Counted from the first letter of the stretch, positions 1-10,068 are shown. The stretch: 64,000 nucleotides of DNA from Dehalococcoidia bacterium (GCA_963665155.2 OY761986.2:215789-279788), one strand, 5' to 3'. Numbers and translations are program-made. Notes: generated by a model not told the origin, from the letters alone.

Positions 1-440
1 TCAATCGATGATGTTGAACCTGAACTGTTGGCGAACGATTTTTGACTGCGCTGGCCTAATACCTCGTCGATTTTGGAATGAGTGGTAGAACTGCCAGCGA
101 TGTTATTCAACGAAACAGCGGCATGCACTGCATGCACTAAAGGTGTTTGCATGGAATGGGGACAGGGGCTAATCGTGGACATGGACTCGTTTAGAACGAA
201 TCCCTCATGCGCCGTTTGGAATGGAGAATGAAGCTCCAAGGTATGTGTATTCGGTGCCCTCGTAGACTTGGTGAAGCCAGAATTGAAGAACGATGTCCTC
301 TACTGGGAACCGCTACTCCACGGAGCAAAGTCGCTCGAGTTCGCCGCAAGGAGGTTCCAGTTCGATTTGGGGATTGTCGAGCGTAGTGTGGCGTACGACT
401 TTTCCCATCGACCATCGGGTTAGGCCGGGGGAGATACCCA

Positions 441-761
441 ATGGCCCACATGAAGTGGTTTGGAGACGTCTATACGTACACCCACCGCGCTTTGCTTCAC
501 GCGATCGCCGAGCCTGGTGAATGGTTTGTCCACCCCATGTTATTTCGCAGCGAAGGAAAGAGGCCTCGACAACCTGGCGGAGGGCTTGATGCCGCAACTT
601 ACGCGGATGCAATTGGACTGCCCTTTGAGCATGTGCTCAAAGGCAACGACCGGACTCGTCAACGACTGGAAGGCGATGTCGCCGTTCATCCTGAGTGCCA
701 CTTGTTTCTTGACCCTGATACTGGCATTTGTGAACGCGAAGCCCAGGAAGATACTTCCTAG
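441..761 (+). CDS. hypothetical protein (106 aa)
   Basis: ATG ORF with purine-rich GGGGGAGA about 8 nt upstream. Residue mix is protein-like, but no family is recognised. Confidence 0.25.
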   Translation: MAHMKWFGDVYTYTHRALLHAIAEPGEWFVHPMLFRSEGKRPRQPGGGLDAATYADAIGLPFEHVLKGNDRTRQRLEGDVAVHPECHLFLDPDTGICEREAQEDTS

Positions 762-784
762 CCAAACACCGCCAAGGGAAGATA

Positions 785-1018
785 GTGATGGTTTTTGACC
801 ACGCCTACCCGGACGGCGGAGCGGCACGTCAGAAAGTCCTAGCTAAGTTGCTGCTGTTTGCCGACAATTGTTTACCGAGCGCAGCCGTGATGGTGCGGGA
901 GCATCGCTGCGTCTGCTACGTCTTGGTATCCACGGACAGGGCAGTTTTGGCAGACGCCATGCAAGGGATGCGCGACGAACTCCGCATCCCTTGCCGCTGG
1001 CTCGTGCCGGGACCATGA
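785..1018 (+). CDS. hypothetical protein (77 aa)
   Basis: ORF starts 24 nt after the previous one, with AAGGGAAG upstream. No family recognised. Confidence 0.2.
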   Translation: MMVFDHAYPDGGAARQKVLAKLLLFADNCLPSAAVMVREHRCVCYVLVSTDRAVLADAMQGMRDELRIPCRWLVPGP

Positions 1019-1207
1019 AATTCATCTCCCCAAGGCTGTCTGGTAACCAGGGTTGGTGAATCCTCTATGGACACTGTGTCCAAAGCGCGAACGTCGGAGA
1101 AGCCTGGGCTTTGCATACTGATTTTGGTTCCGGTGCTGATTTACCAACCCCGGCAGTTTGTCACCTACGAAAACCAGCACTGGTTTCGGAATTCTTGTAA
1201 CGTCGGA

Positions 1208-1613
1208 CTAAACGCCTTCCGTCTTTGGTTGTGTCAACATCGCGGAGTAACCCCGCTCATCGACCACGTGGGTCACCGACACCCGGCCCCGGCTGTCGTA
1301 GCCGGTGGTGTAGGCGAACTCCACCTCGGCGCCCCAGGGAACGCGCCCGCCGATGCGCACGGTGCCGCCGCCTGGGTTGCTGCCGCTGTGCGGCCCGCCG
1401 GCGCCCTTGACCACCACGCCGTTGCGTGAACCCTTCTTCCAGGCCATCACCTTCAGTTCCACCGGCGCCACCTGCTCCGCCGCCGTGGGCTGGAACAGGA
1501 CACCGTGCAGCCGCCGCAGCACGTCCCCTGACGCGTTCCGCTGGCCGTTCATGATCTGGGAGAGATGGCCGGTGCTGATGCCCGCCAGCCGGGCCACCTG
1601 GTTCTGGGTAAGG
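1208..1613 (-). CDS. multi-HTH (XRE-like) DNA-binding protein, 3' exon: fifth HTH module plus ~95-aa uncharacterised C-terminal domain
   Basis: The frame is open up to 1613. LTQNQVARLAGISTGHLSQIMNGQRN matches the repeated HTH modules of 4037-4860. The ORF-track GTG start (1597) lies inside that module. TAG stop at 1208. Confidence 0.6.
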
Positions 1614-1670
1614 TAGGCCGCCGGCGAGTTACCCCGTGTTACCGGAGCACTTTTCCGTCGGCCCCCTTCC

Positions 1671-1704
<34 letters not shown>

Positions 1705-1713
1705 TCCAGTGTC

Positions 1714-3576
1714 TTATGCTTCGCAGTTGGGTACATGGTTGGCGTTGGCCCCCTGTTTCAGCGGACGCCCGGCGTGGATGTCCGCGTGGCAGGACCCACA
1801 GCCCACCAGCGTCTTGCGACGCCGCTGGGCCATCATCACCACCCAGGTGGGCCGTTCAGCCCGGCCTTTCTGTCGCAGGTCTTTCAATGCCCGTATGTGG
1901 TGCACCTGGACTTTCACCCTGGAGCCGCAAAGCTCGCAGGTGTCGGCCAGCAGGCGCTGTACGAGTTCCGTCCGACCGTTGATGATGGGGGGATGTTCGT
2001 CAACCAGGGTAGCCGTGGTGTCGCGCGCCAGGGATACGCCTCCCCAGTAGGTTGCCAGCGGTTTCTGGCCTGGGTGTTCTTCCTTCACCATCAAGACCTT
2101 TCGGGGGCCTTGTTCCGTCTGAATCGTGGTCTTGTACGGCTTGAACACCTGGGGGACGCTGATTCTCAGCTTGCCCGCCAGGGTCTTGGCCAGTGACATT
2201 CCCATGACCCACTGTAGATAGCTTAGAGTGCCCAGCTTGGCCGCCAGCCGGTAGTAGTTGGCGACGCCCCGGAACTCCGCCTGATACAGGTGCACGATGC
2301 TGTAGGGCGAGTCGTGCCGCCGTTCCCCGCGGTGCCAGGGTTTGCCTTTTGCCATGTATTTGGCGCTTTTGACGCGTACAATGTCCCGGGGGACGCGCAG
2401 CCCGATGACGCCGTTGACCGCGCGGCGGCCCTGGGCGTCGAGCTTGGTTGCGCTCTCCTGGACGGTGACCTCGTAGCCGAGGAACCGTGCTGCCTCGGTG
2501 CGGCCGTGGGTGAGCAGGGTCTTGGACTCGGAAAGCTCCAGCTTGAGGCTATCGCCCAGGAACTCCCCTATCCGGTTCTTGATTTCCTCGGCCTCGTTCC
2601 TTGGCCCCGCGAATCCGAGCAGGAAGTCGTCGGCGTACCGAATGTACCGCAGGCGCCGGTATTCCGGGTCGTGGGTGTTGCCATAGGGCAACGACCGAAG
2701 GATAGGGCGCAAGGACGCCGCCTCCTTTTCACGTCCGGCTTTCCGCAGACCTTGCATCTGACGGACGGTCCTGCCATATTCCGGGTTTTGCCGCCGCCTT
2801 TCACCCCGGTTGTAGGCGGGCAAGAGCACTCCCTCCACGAACCTGTCCAACCGGTCCATGTAGATGTTGGCGAGCATGGGACTCACGATGCCGCCCTGTG
2901 GCGTGCCACTGTAGGTGGCGTGGCGCTTCCAGTCCTCCAGGTAGCCAGCCCGGAGAAGCTGGGAGACCAGCCGCAGGAAGCGGTTGTCGCGGATTTTCTC
3001 GCGCATTATCTCCAGCAGCACCGAATGGTCGATGTTGTCGAAGCAGCCCGAGATGTCCCCCTCGACGAGCCAAGTGGTGCCTGTCCAGGTGCGGGAGATT
3101 TCCGTGAGCGCCGTGTGGCACCCCCGGTGGGGCCGGAAGCCGTGCGACCGGTCGCTGAACTGCGGTTCGTAGTACGCCTCCAGTAGGAGACGCATCACTT
3201 CTTGCAGCACCTTGTCCGACCACGTGGGCAGGCCCGGGGGCCGCCGCTTCCCGTTGGCTTTCGGGATGTATACGCGGCGGGACGGAGTCCACCGGTAGCG
3301 CTCGAAGCGGAGGGCCTCGATGATTGCGCTGATGTCCTCCAGTTTCATCCCATCTGCGGTTTCCCGCGTTGCGCCTGGAGTGAGCGCGCCGTCGTTGCTG
3401 GCGATGCGCCCGTAGGCCATGAGGTACAGGTCCGGGTTCCAGAGTTGGCGGTAGAGGTCGTTCACGGGCAGGCCCCGTGTACCTCGGTCGCGAATGATTC
3501 CCAGTACGGTTGTGGCGTTGCGCATCTCGCGCACCTTCCTTTCTGAGTTTCGAAGACACCTGCCTCCCTTTGCCAT
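1714..3576 (-). CDS. group II intron reverse transcriptase/maturase with C-terminal HNH endonuclease domain
   Basis: 620-aa ORF with RT motifs PQGGIVSPMLANIYM and RYADDFLLG (YADD), a maturase region, and a C-terminal CELCG...HHI...CGSCHADIH motif. The start may be Met18 (3525). Confidence 0.95.
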   Translation of the reverse strand: MAKGGRCLRNSERKVREMRNATTVLGIIRDRGTRGLPVNDLYRQLWNPDLYLMAYGRIASNDGALTPGATRETADGMKLEDISAIIEALRFERYRWTPSRRVYIPKANGKRRPPGLPTWSDKVLQEVMRLLLEAYYEPQFSDRSHGFRPHRGCHTALTEISRTWTGTTWLVEGDISGCFDNIDHSVLLEIMREKIRDNRFLRLVSQLLRAGYLEDWKRHATYSGTPQGGIVSPMLANIYMDRLDRFVEGVLLPAYNRGERRRQNPEYGRTVRQMQGLRKAGREKEAASLRPILRSLPYGNTHDPEYRRLRYIRYADDFLLGFAGPRNEAEEIKNRIGEFLGDSLKLELSESKTLLTHGRTEAARFLGYEVTVQESATKLDAQGRRAVNGVIGLRVPRDIVRVKSAKYMAKGKPWHRGERRHDSPYSIVHLYQAEFRGVANYYRLAAKLGTLSYLQWVMGMSLAKTLAGKLRISVPQVFKPYKTTIQTEQGPRKVLMVKEEHPGQKPLATYWGGVSLARDTTATLVDEHPPIINGRTELVQRLLADTCELCGSRVKVQVHHIRALKDLRQKGRAERPTWVVMMAQRRRKTLVGCGSCHADIHAGRPLKQGANANHVPNCEA

Positions 3577-4036
3577 GTACCAGGCTTTCCCTGGCTCAGA
3601 CTACTACGGAGGCTCCGTTGCCATAGGACTCGCGTCCCGTAGGCAATCCAATGTTCCTCGATAGCAAACGTGATAGCGCGACTTAGGTGCCTCTTTCGTT
3701 CCCTTGAGCGGGGTCATTCCCCGCTGTCTACCTGTCGGGAAATCCCGGCCACCTACAGCCATTGGCCGGTGAACAGGTAGCTTCGCGTTGTAGGTGTTGT
3801 AAGCGAAGGACGGCACGTTTCATCACTGAGAACTGAGGTTCAAGCAGTGTAGCTTTCACCATATCGCGCGGGTCTTGCGGAGCACCGGCCTAAACACCTT
3901 CAGCCGGTCTCCGCTTTTCCCACATGCTATGGTCCCCTTTGGCTTTCGCCGCCAGGTAAGTGGGCTGACCCAGGGGCATCTTCCCGAGCCCCTCTCGCCT
4001 TGAGCAAGGATTTAACTATCGAGTGACATTGCGCAC

Positions 4037-4860
4037 CTGTAACCGTGGGCATCCATGCGGTCCCACAAGGCGCGCGGGTCAACGTCGCGAGTTTGAGCGG
4101 CCTCGACCCTGGCCGGGCCGTCCAGCGCCGCCTCGATCTTGGCCTGGAAGGCAGGACCCATGTTCCGCTGGCCCCGCGAGGCCTGGATCAGGTAGCCGTA
4201 GGACACCCCGGCCCGCTCCGCCAGGCCCTTGAGGCTCATGCCCTTCTCTCGGGCGCGCTCCCGGATGTAGGTGGTTTCCCCTTTCACCGGGCCGCCCTGG
4301 CGGTTTGCGCACACGGCGGGCGCGATCTCCACCTGACCGCCCAGAACCTTCTCCACCCGGGCCTGGACCGCCGGGCTCATGTTGCGGCGACCCCGGCATA
4401 CGTCGGACATGTAGCCTGCGGACACCCCCACCCGCTGGGCCAGGTCCTTCTGGCTCAGGCCCAACTCACGGGCCTGCTCCCGGATGGAAGTACTCTCGCC
4501 CTGCACCAGCCCGCCCTGGCGGTAGACGATCCCCTGCCCCGGCACCTCGCCCAGGACCGCCATGGCCCTCTCCCGCAGCATGGGAGACCAGGGCCGGCGC
4601 CCGCTGGCCACCGAGGACAGGTAGCCGTAGTTCACGCCCATCTTCTCCGCCAGTTCCTTCAGGGTGAGGCCCTTACGCCGGGCCGCTGCCCGCAGTTCGC
4701 TCTCGGGCTTGCCCCGGTGCGCCGTCTCTTTCTCCGTTCCGGCGTGCGCCTCCGTGTGCTGTAGAGTGTCGATGTCGCCGTGGCCGTCTCCCAAGCCGTT
4801 GAGGCTGGCCGTCACGTTGTGGGTGATCTCCGTCCTGTCGATGATGGTAATCGCCTTCAT
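4037..4860 (-). CDS. multi-HTH (XRE-like) DNA-binding protein, 5' exon: four tandem HTH modules
   Basis: Start chosen at ATG 4860 (MKAITIID), with GGAGGAAG 5 nt upstream. Contains four repeats each with an XRE-type helix-turn-helix, e.g. KGLTLKELAEKMGVNYGYLSSVASGRRP. The ORF-track stop at 4012 lies inside the intron. Confidence 0.65.
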
Positions 4861-4986
4861 GTCGCTTCCTCCGAAAGGCGAAAAGCGAGGCCGGCCCGAA
4901 TGGACCGACCCCGCTCTCCGGTTAAAGATGCAGGTCGTTGGGTGCGGTCCATTCAGCCGCTCTGGTGTCCGCCGGCGAAACACGAA

Positions 4987-5030
4987 GAGCGGGGCCGCCT
5001 CCCCCTCAGTTGGGAGAGACGACCCCGCTC
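4987..5030 (-). terminator. GC-rich stem-loop upstream of the multi-HTH gene
   Basis: Arms GAGCGGGGCCG / CGACCCCGCTC with nested CTCCC/GGGAG pairing. On the minus strand it is followed by TTCGTGTTTCG. Function unproven. Confidence 0.35.
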
Positions 5031-6439
5031 GTTGGCGCCTATTCGATTGTCAGTGGCGGCCCCACGGAGCCGCCCCGGTTGCCGCCGCGCCGTGCTTTGG
5101 GCAGCGGCCCTGGGTTACCGCCGGTTCACGGGTTGCTCCAACCGGCCCGTAGTGAAAAGAGATTCCAGGTTATGGTCGTTATCCAGCACCTCCTAGTTGT
5201 TCTCGTTGATCCGTCGCCTGTTGCTGACGTTGTTGTCGCCGATGGCCTGCCACAGCTGCTGCCCTTCGCGGGGAGCGACGCCATTCCACCGGCCATCGAT
5301 ACCCTCCCGTGTCTCACCGCGCTGGACACACTACGCCCACGGTCTGGGTCCGCCATGTAAATGCCGGAATAGTGGGTTGGCGCAAGACGCACCAGGCCCA
5401 GGGTCGAGCGCCGCAACGGAGGACAACGGAATGAGCGTTGGCGGAAGGCGCGGTTAGCCCAGGGTGAAGGTCAGCCGCTCAATCCAACCGCCGGGCGCAA
5501 GACGCACTGGGCCCAGGGCATTACAGTGCAATGTAGAACGCCGATTTCGGGGGTTGGCAGGAATGCGGTTCGCCGAGGTTGAAAGTCGCTGGGCAACCGC
5601 TGTGAGAGGAAATGGGAGAGGAACGCACTGGGGCCAGCGGCCACGCCGCTGGAAACCGCGTTGCAATGGCAAGCGTCCGATCTGCTGTTCTCCAGCGACC
5701 GGAGCGTGTTGAGAATGCGGTGCCGCTGCTCTTTGTGCGGCAGCTATGCCGCAGTGATGATGAGACAGCCGAAACTTGTCAGCATTTCCGACCGTAGCGT
5801 GAAGGGGCAGCGAAGCATGTCAACCGCTCCGCCAAGGAAACCGATGGGTAATGGGAAGCTGGGGTCGCCGTGCTGTTTCCGGTTGCCACCTCCTCGAATC
5901 AGTCCGTGGGGCAGGAATGTCGCCATGGATGGGGATACCGGGTGAAGCGCACTGGCGCCTCGGGGAATGTCTCTCGCAGACACCCGTCGGGAGAGCGGGG
6001 CTCGATCCCTCTGAGCAGGTCCGGCATGGGCGGCCATTCGGAGAGCAGGGCTCGATCCTATGCGGCCAAACCCGGGTCCAGGGACGGGACCCTCCAGTTT
6101 TCTCGGCTGGAAACGCTGGCAAAAGCCTGACTACGTAATCCAGTATCCGGCACCGGGTTGCCCCTGGCAAGACCACAAGCGTTCTGACAGCGAAAGTGTT
6201 GCCTTTTGTTGCTCTAAACTCTAATTGCAGGTCCGGGGCCGGAGTCGTTCACCTCCATGATGCAGTCCCTGGGGTCGGGGTTCCGTACCATGGGTCAGGG
6301 TTCACCGGCCGCGGGTAGAGTGTCAATCACTCCCACCAGGCAGCAATTCCCTGGTGGGCGCTCCGGGGAGAGAAGCCTCGATCCTCACGGAGCAGGCCCG
6401 GGTGAACAGGGATCACGACCCCGGCAACTGTCTTTAATG

Positions 6440-6990
6440 TCAAGAGGAAATAACGACGATTGCCGGAGTCATGTCGCTCCAGGATGAGCGATGCTTGAGC
6501 ATGGCGTTGAGGATGACGAGCAGCTTGCGCATACAAGCGACCAGGACCAGCTTCTTCGGCTTGCCAGCGGCCAGCAGCCGCTGGTAGAAGTCCCGGATGA
6601 CCGGATTGACAGCGCACCCCGCCACCGGAGCCTCAGATACTACCCGACCCTTCCCACCCCGGTCCGGTGATTGAGCATCAGCAACCGGGCCGCGCCCTGG
6701 TGAACCCGCTGGTGCGCCATCCGGTTCACCAGGGCCATGACTCAGCTCGTACACGTTCACCACGCCGCCATCACCGCCGCAGTTGCCAGCGTGGGCCAAC
6801 CGGCTTCCAGCGTCGTTACTCTAACCCGCCGCCACGGTCCCGTCTCTACCGCCATCACCGCACCGAGCACCCGAGACTGCTCTCCTGTTCCCCTCGCCAA
6901 CCTCGCCGCCACCAACTCACCGGAGCCAATGCTGCCGCCGCTGCCCAGCCCCGGCCACAAGCCCCGGCCCCCTCCCAATCCCTGGGGGGC
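6440..6990 (-). pseudogene. IS110-family transposase remnant (C-terminal part, decayed)
   Basis: 6440-6619 encodes NPVIRDFYQRLLAAGKPKKLVLVACMRKLLVILNAMLKHRSSW, the conserved IS110 C-terminus. Another frame at ~6760-6960 gives IGSGELVAARLARGTGEQSR, which resembles the GIG...LLAELG motif. No N-terminal catalytic domain was found. Confidence 0.55.
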
Positions 6991-7148
6991 AAAATGTATT
7001 TCCCCAATAGGGGCCTTGTCCCCCTGTCCCGAATCCGGCGGGGTACAGCGATGTACCTTTCCAATAGGGCCGATGCACCCCCTGATCGGAACCTGCCCTG
7101 GAATCCAAGTGCTTACACCAATTAGGCTGAAATGGGCGGATTGCCCCC

Positions 7149-7220
7149 ATTTCAGCTACGAATTCCCCGCCACAGACCAATGTGCTCCAAGTCCACATTC
7201 CTGTACACGTCCATAACGTC
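7149..7220 (+). repeat. repeat family member A1 (ATTTCA - 46 nt - CTGTACACG - YATRAC)
   Basis: ATTTCA starts at 7149 and CTGTACACG at 7201, an offset of 52 nt. It pairs best with A2, sharing CAGCTACGAA and CCAAGTCCA. Confidence 0.8.
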
Positions 7221-8380
7221 GAGCCGGACCCCGCAAATACCGCGCCCTGAAAGGGGGGGTGCGCTCACCCCCGCCTGGCGCTAACCGGGGTCATCAGGCC
7301 GTGGATATTCGCGGACCTCCGGCCACCGCCCCGGGGTCAGCGCCTGCCACGCTCAGTCAGCAACTCCGGCACACGTCACCCCGCCCCAAGAGTGCAATTC
7401 CTGCAATACAATCCATACAATCAGGTTGACACCGAGCGTCAACAAACTCACTGCCCGTATCGCCCTCCAGACCCACGAATCCAGGTTCATTTGCCTTTGA
7501 AATCCCGCCGGTGGCATTCAGCGGCGCAGTTCAAATTCCCTTACAGGGCTCCCACTGTGAAAATGGCCCCGGAGCGTTTGCACTTTGCCGTTGCCGCCCC
7601 TGAGCCGTACCGCCTGCCCGGCCTCACCGCCACTGGCCGTCAACGCCAGCGCGGCCCGCCGTTGCCCGCCTTGAGCCCTTCTCCGGGGCCATGAGAGAGG
7701 AATCAAACCAGGACTCGGAGTCGGGAGCAACGCCACGCCGACGCCGTTTTGCTAATCGGGGTCGCCAGGTCAGCGATATTCACGGTCATCCAGTCACCGG
7801 CTTGCCTCCGTGGAAACCGCCGGCATCCAGCCCCGGCTTCAACCAACGCGCCACTCCGTCCCCCCCCCCGGCTGCTGGCAACATTGCGAACGCCACCAGC
7901 CGGGGCTGCGAATCCTTTGCGGGACAGGGGCTAAACCAAAGCCGTCGCCGTCCAGGTCCTGTAAAGGGACTTCGCCCATGCTATTCAGCCTGGCGACAAG
8001 TATGTTCATCACGGTGCCAGGACCTCTGCCAGACCCGTTTTCCTGTTCTACCCCGCCACGGCGCGCCAGGTGGGAAGGGGGCTTTAACTGGGTCAGCCAC
8101 ACTGCGCTGGCATCGCCGGCCCTGCGCCACCGGCCTGGCCATCTTCCCCACGCATTGCCCGGCCCCGCCGCCACCTGGTCTGACGCCGCCGCCCACCACG
8201 TCAATCACACCAGCTTTCTTCATGGGCTATCCGCGCCGGACCACTACACCCCGCTCTCGTCGCTCGCTCCAACTTTGCTGGACGTTCACTTCCCAAAAGG
8301 GAAGTCAACCCCGATTTTCCGGAACCAGCCCTTTCCCCGGATTGCTTGCAGGAACCGTCCAAATGCCCCGTTTTTCGCCG

Positions 8381-8452
8381 ATTTCACGTTCAGAAAGCCC
8401 CCGACTTCCCGAAAGGGAAGTAATCCGGATCCCTGTACACGGGTATACCATT
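8381..8452 (+). repeat. repeat family member B1
   Basis: ATTTCACGTT starts at 8381 and CTGTACACGGGTATA at 8433, an offset of 52 nt. The interior holds the hairpin ACTTCCCGAAAGGGAAGT. Confidence 0.8.
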
Positions 8453-9111
8453 ACATCCCGACCTCCAACCCCCCCGGCGTCCCGCTCCAGCTCATTTCCC
8501 TGCGTATTCCGGCCCTGGTCAACGCCGACGCCCGTCGCATCACAGCCAGTGCCAGTCCGCTCATTACCTCATGGGTGACGCATGGAGGTTGCCGCCGCCG
8601 GGACCCCGAAACCGGCTGCCACCGGCCCAACTTGGACAGGCTGACAAGAATGCTCCCTTCCGTTCCTGACACTTCCTGTAGGGAGCCTTGGCACAAAGCT
8701 GAAATCCGGCGCTCCAACCCTGTCAGACCCCTGGGGACCAAGCCGGGGGCATTCTGTTGCAGAACCGGCGCCTCGGCCAGCCCAGCGCAGGCCGCCGAAC
8801 CCCGTAGCCCAATCACCGCGTTCAGCTCGATGAAGCGTTTGACGTGCCAGGTTTGACACGTAATGACGGGAGAATACACGGCCGTCCGGGCATCACCCTG
8901 CCCATCCCGCCGCCGGCCAGCCTGTCAGCTTGGCCGGGGAACCGCCGAGGTCGGCCCCGGCGTATTACCAATTAAGGGCAGTGGGGAAACCCTGTCCTGA
9001 CCGGAGAATATACCTTGTTCCGTGGTAGCGCGTTTCCGAATCGTGGCAGCGGCAACCCGGGCCGCCGGTCCATCCGCAGGGTTGCCCGGGGCCGCTGGGG
9101 AGGCGAGGACC

Positions 9112-9450
9112 GTGGAACTGGACACTGTCAGGGTTAACGGCATGGTGATAGCCAGGGCCGAAGGCCGCGTCGACAGCGCCAATGCCCGGGAGTTCCAGGA
9201 GGCTTTGGAAATCGCCGCGGCCGGTGGCGTCCGGGCTGTCATCCTGGACCTGGAACTGCTGTCCTACATCAGCAGCGCCGGCCTACGGGCCATCCTGATA
9301 TTCGCCAGGGACCAGGAACGACCGGGCGTGAAGTTCGCCGTCTGCTGCCTCTCCGAGCCGGTGCGCCGGGTCTTCTGGGTCCGAGGCTTCGACCGGGTGA
9401 TTCGGGTGGCCGCCTCCCGGGAGGAAGCAATCAACGACTTTACCGGCTGA
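9112..9450 (+). CDS. STAS-domain protein (SpoIIAA-like anti-sigma-factor antagonist)
   Basis: VELDTVRVNGMVIARAEGRVDSANAREFQEAL...LDLELLSYISSAGLRAIL. GTG at 9112 is preceded by GGGGAGG. The ORF is open from 9022. Confidence 0.7.
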   Translation: MELDTVRVNGMVIARAEGRVDSANAREFQEALEIAAAGGVRAVILDLELLSYISSAGLRAILIFARDQERPGVKFAVCCLSEPVRRVFWVRGFDRVIRVAASREEAINDFTG

Positions 9451-9754
9451 ACTCCCCACACCGCCCGCCCAGCCCGCACGCCGTTCACTGTGTCCAGCGT
9501 GATGACGTGAGACTACTCGCAGGCCTGGCGCCTCACGAGGTCGCCGACCCGTTCTGGCAGCTCGTCCCCGCCGCCGTGATCCTGGACCTCACCGCTTACA
9601 ACGGGGAATTACGCTTGATTGCCTGACCCGCTGAAGCAACCACATCGCTGACAACGCCTGAGTCCCCCGCGCCCTGGTCAGCATCACCGCCGCGACCGTC
9701 CCCGCTGCCTGCCCGGACCAGCCAGACACCATCTCCCGGCCCCGTCCCAACCGG

Positions 9755-9899
9755 CTGGACAGACTGTCCGATTTCGTAACTGGCACTGTCCAGCGGGGGT
9801 GGAAGCTGCTCTGGAACCCGGGTGCTCGCTGGATACGTCCTGTAGGGGCCTATCTCCCCCGATTTCACGTTTGACTGGACAGAATTGGACAGTTGTCCA
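9755..9899. promoter_or_regulatory. cluster of TGGACAG / CTGTCCA motifs (operator-like)
   Basis: GGACAGACTGTCC palindrome at 9757-9769, CTGTCCAG at 9786-9793, and TGGACAG at 9876 and 9886 followed by TGTCCA at 9894. Confidence 0.4.
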
Positions 9900-9933
9900 C
9901 CAACTCCCAATTTCTGTACACGGGTATAACGTA
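9862..9933 (+). repeat. repeat family member B2
   Basis: ATTTCACGTT starts at 9862 and CTGTACACGGGTATA at 9914, an offset of 52 nt. Confidence 0.8.
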
Positions 9934-9956
9934 CTTGCCGCCGCCGAAAACCCCGC

Positions 9957-9996
9957 GCCACATAAGGGAGGACGCGCGCGTCCTCCCTTATGTGGC
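9957..9996. repeat. perfect 40-nt palindrome
   Basis: GCCACATAAGGGAGGACGCG|CGCGTCCTCCCTTATGTGGC. Every position was checked as self-complementary. Confidence 0.95.
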
Positions 9997-10068
9997 ATAC
10001 GCGCTCCCGCAGCTTGGCCGGGCCGTGGAAGCCATCTCCCGGCCCTCCCGGGTGGATCATCCGGCCCG

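Noticed and set aside
2290-3186. 298-aa + strand ORF and other ORFs within 1565-3559
   Set aside because: They are antisense or alternative frames of the group II intron RT gene, whose own frame has all the RT/maturase motifs.
5985-6410. tRNA or tRNA-fragment (att site) reading of the GGGCTCGATCC motifs
   Set aside because: No complementary T-stem or acceptor stem can be drawn around any of the three copies.
7691-8856. Two long overlapping + strand ORFs (295 and 348 aa)
   Set aside because: The translations are Pro/Arg/Cys/His/Trp-rich with no domain-like segments. Two frames are open at once, and the strand is visibly C-rich, which suppresses stop codons. They are treated as non-coding.
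9914-9930. CTGTACACG...TATAAC as a sigma-70 type promoter
   Set aside because: TGTACA lies only ~4 nt from the TATAAC-like hexamer. The sequences 17 nt upstream (AACTCC, TAATCC, AGTCCA) are poor -35 boxes. It is kept only as an untested possibility within the repeat-family finding.
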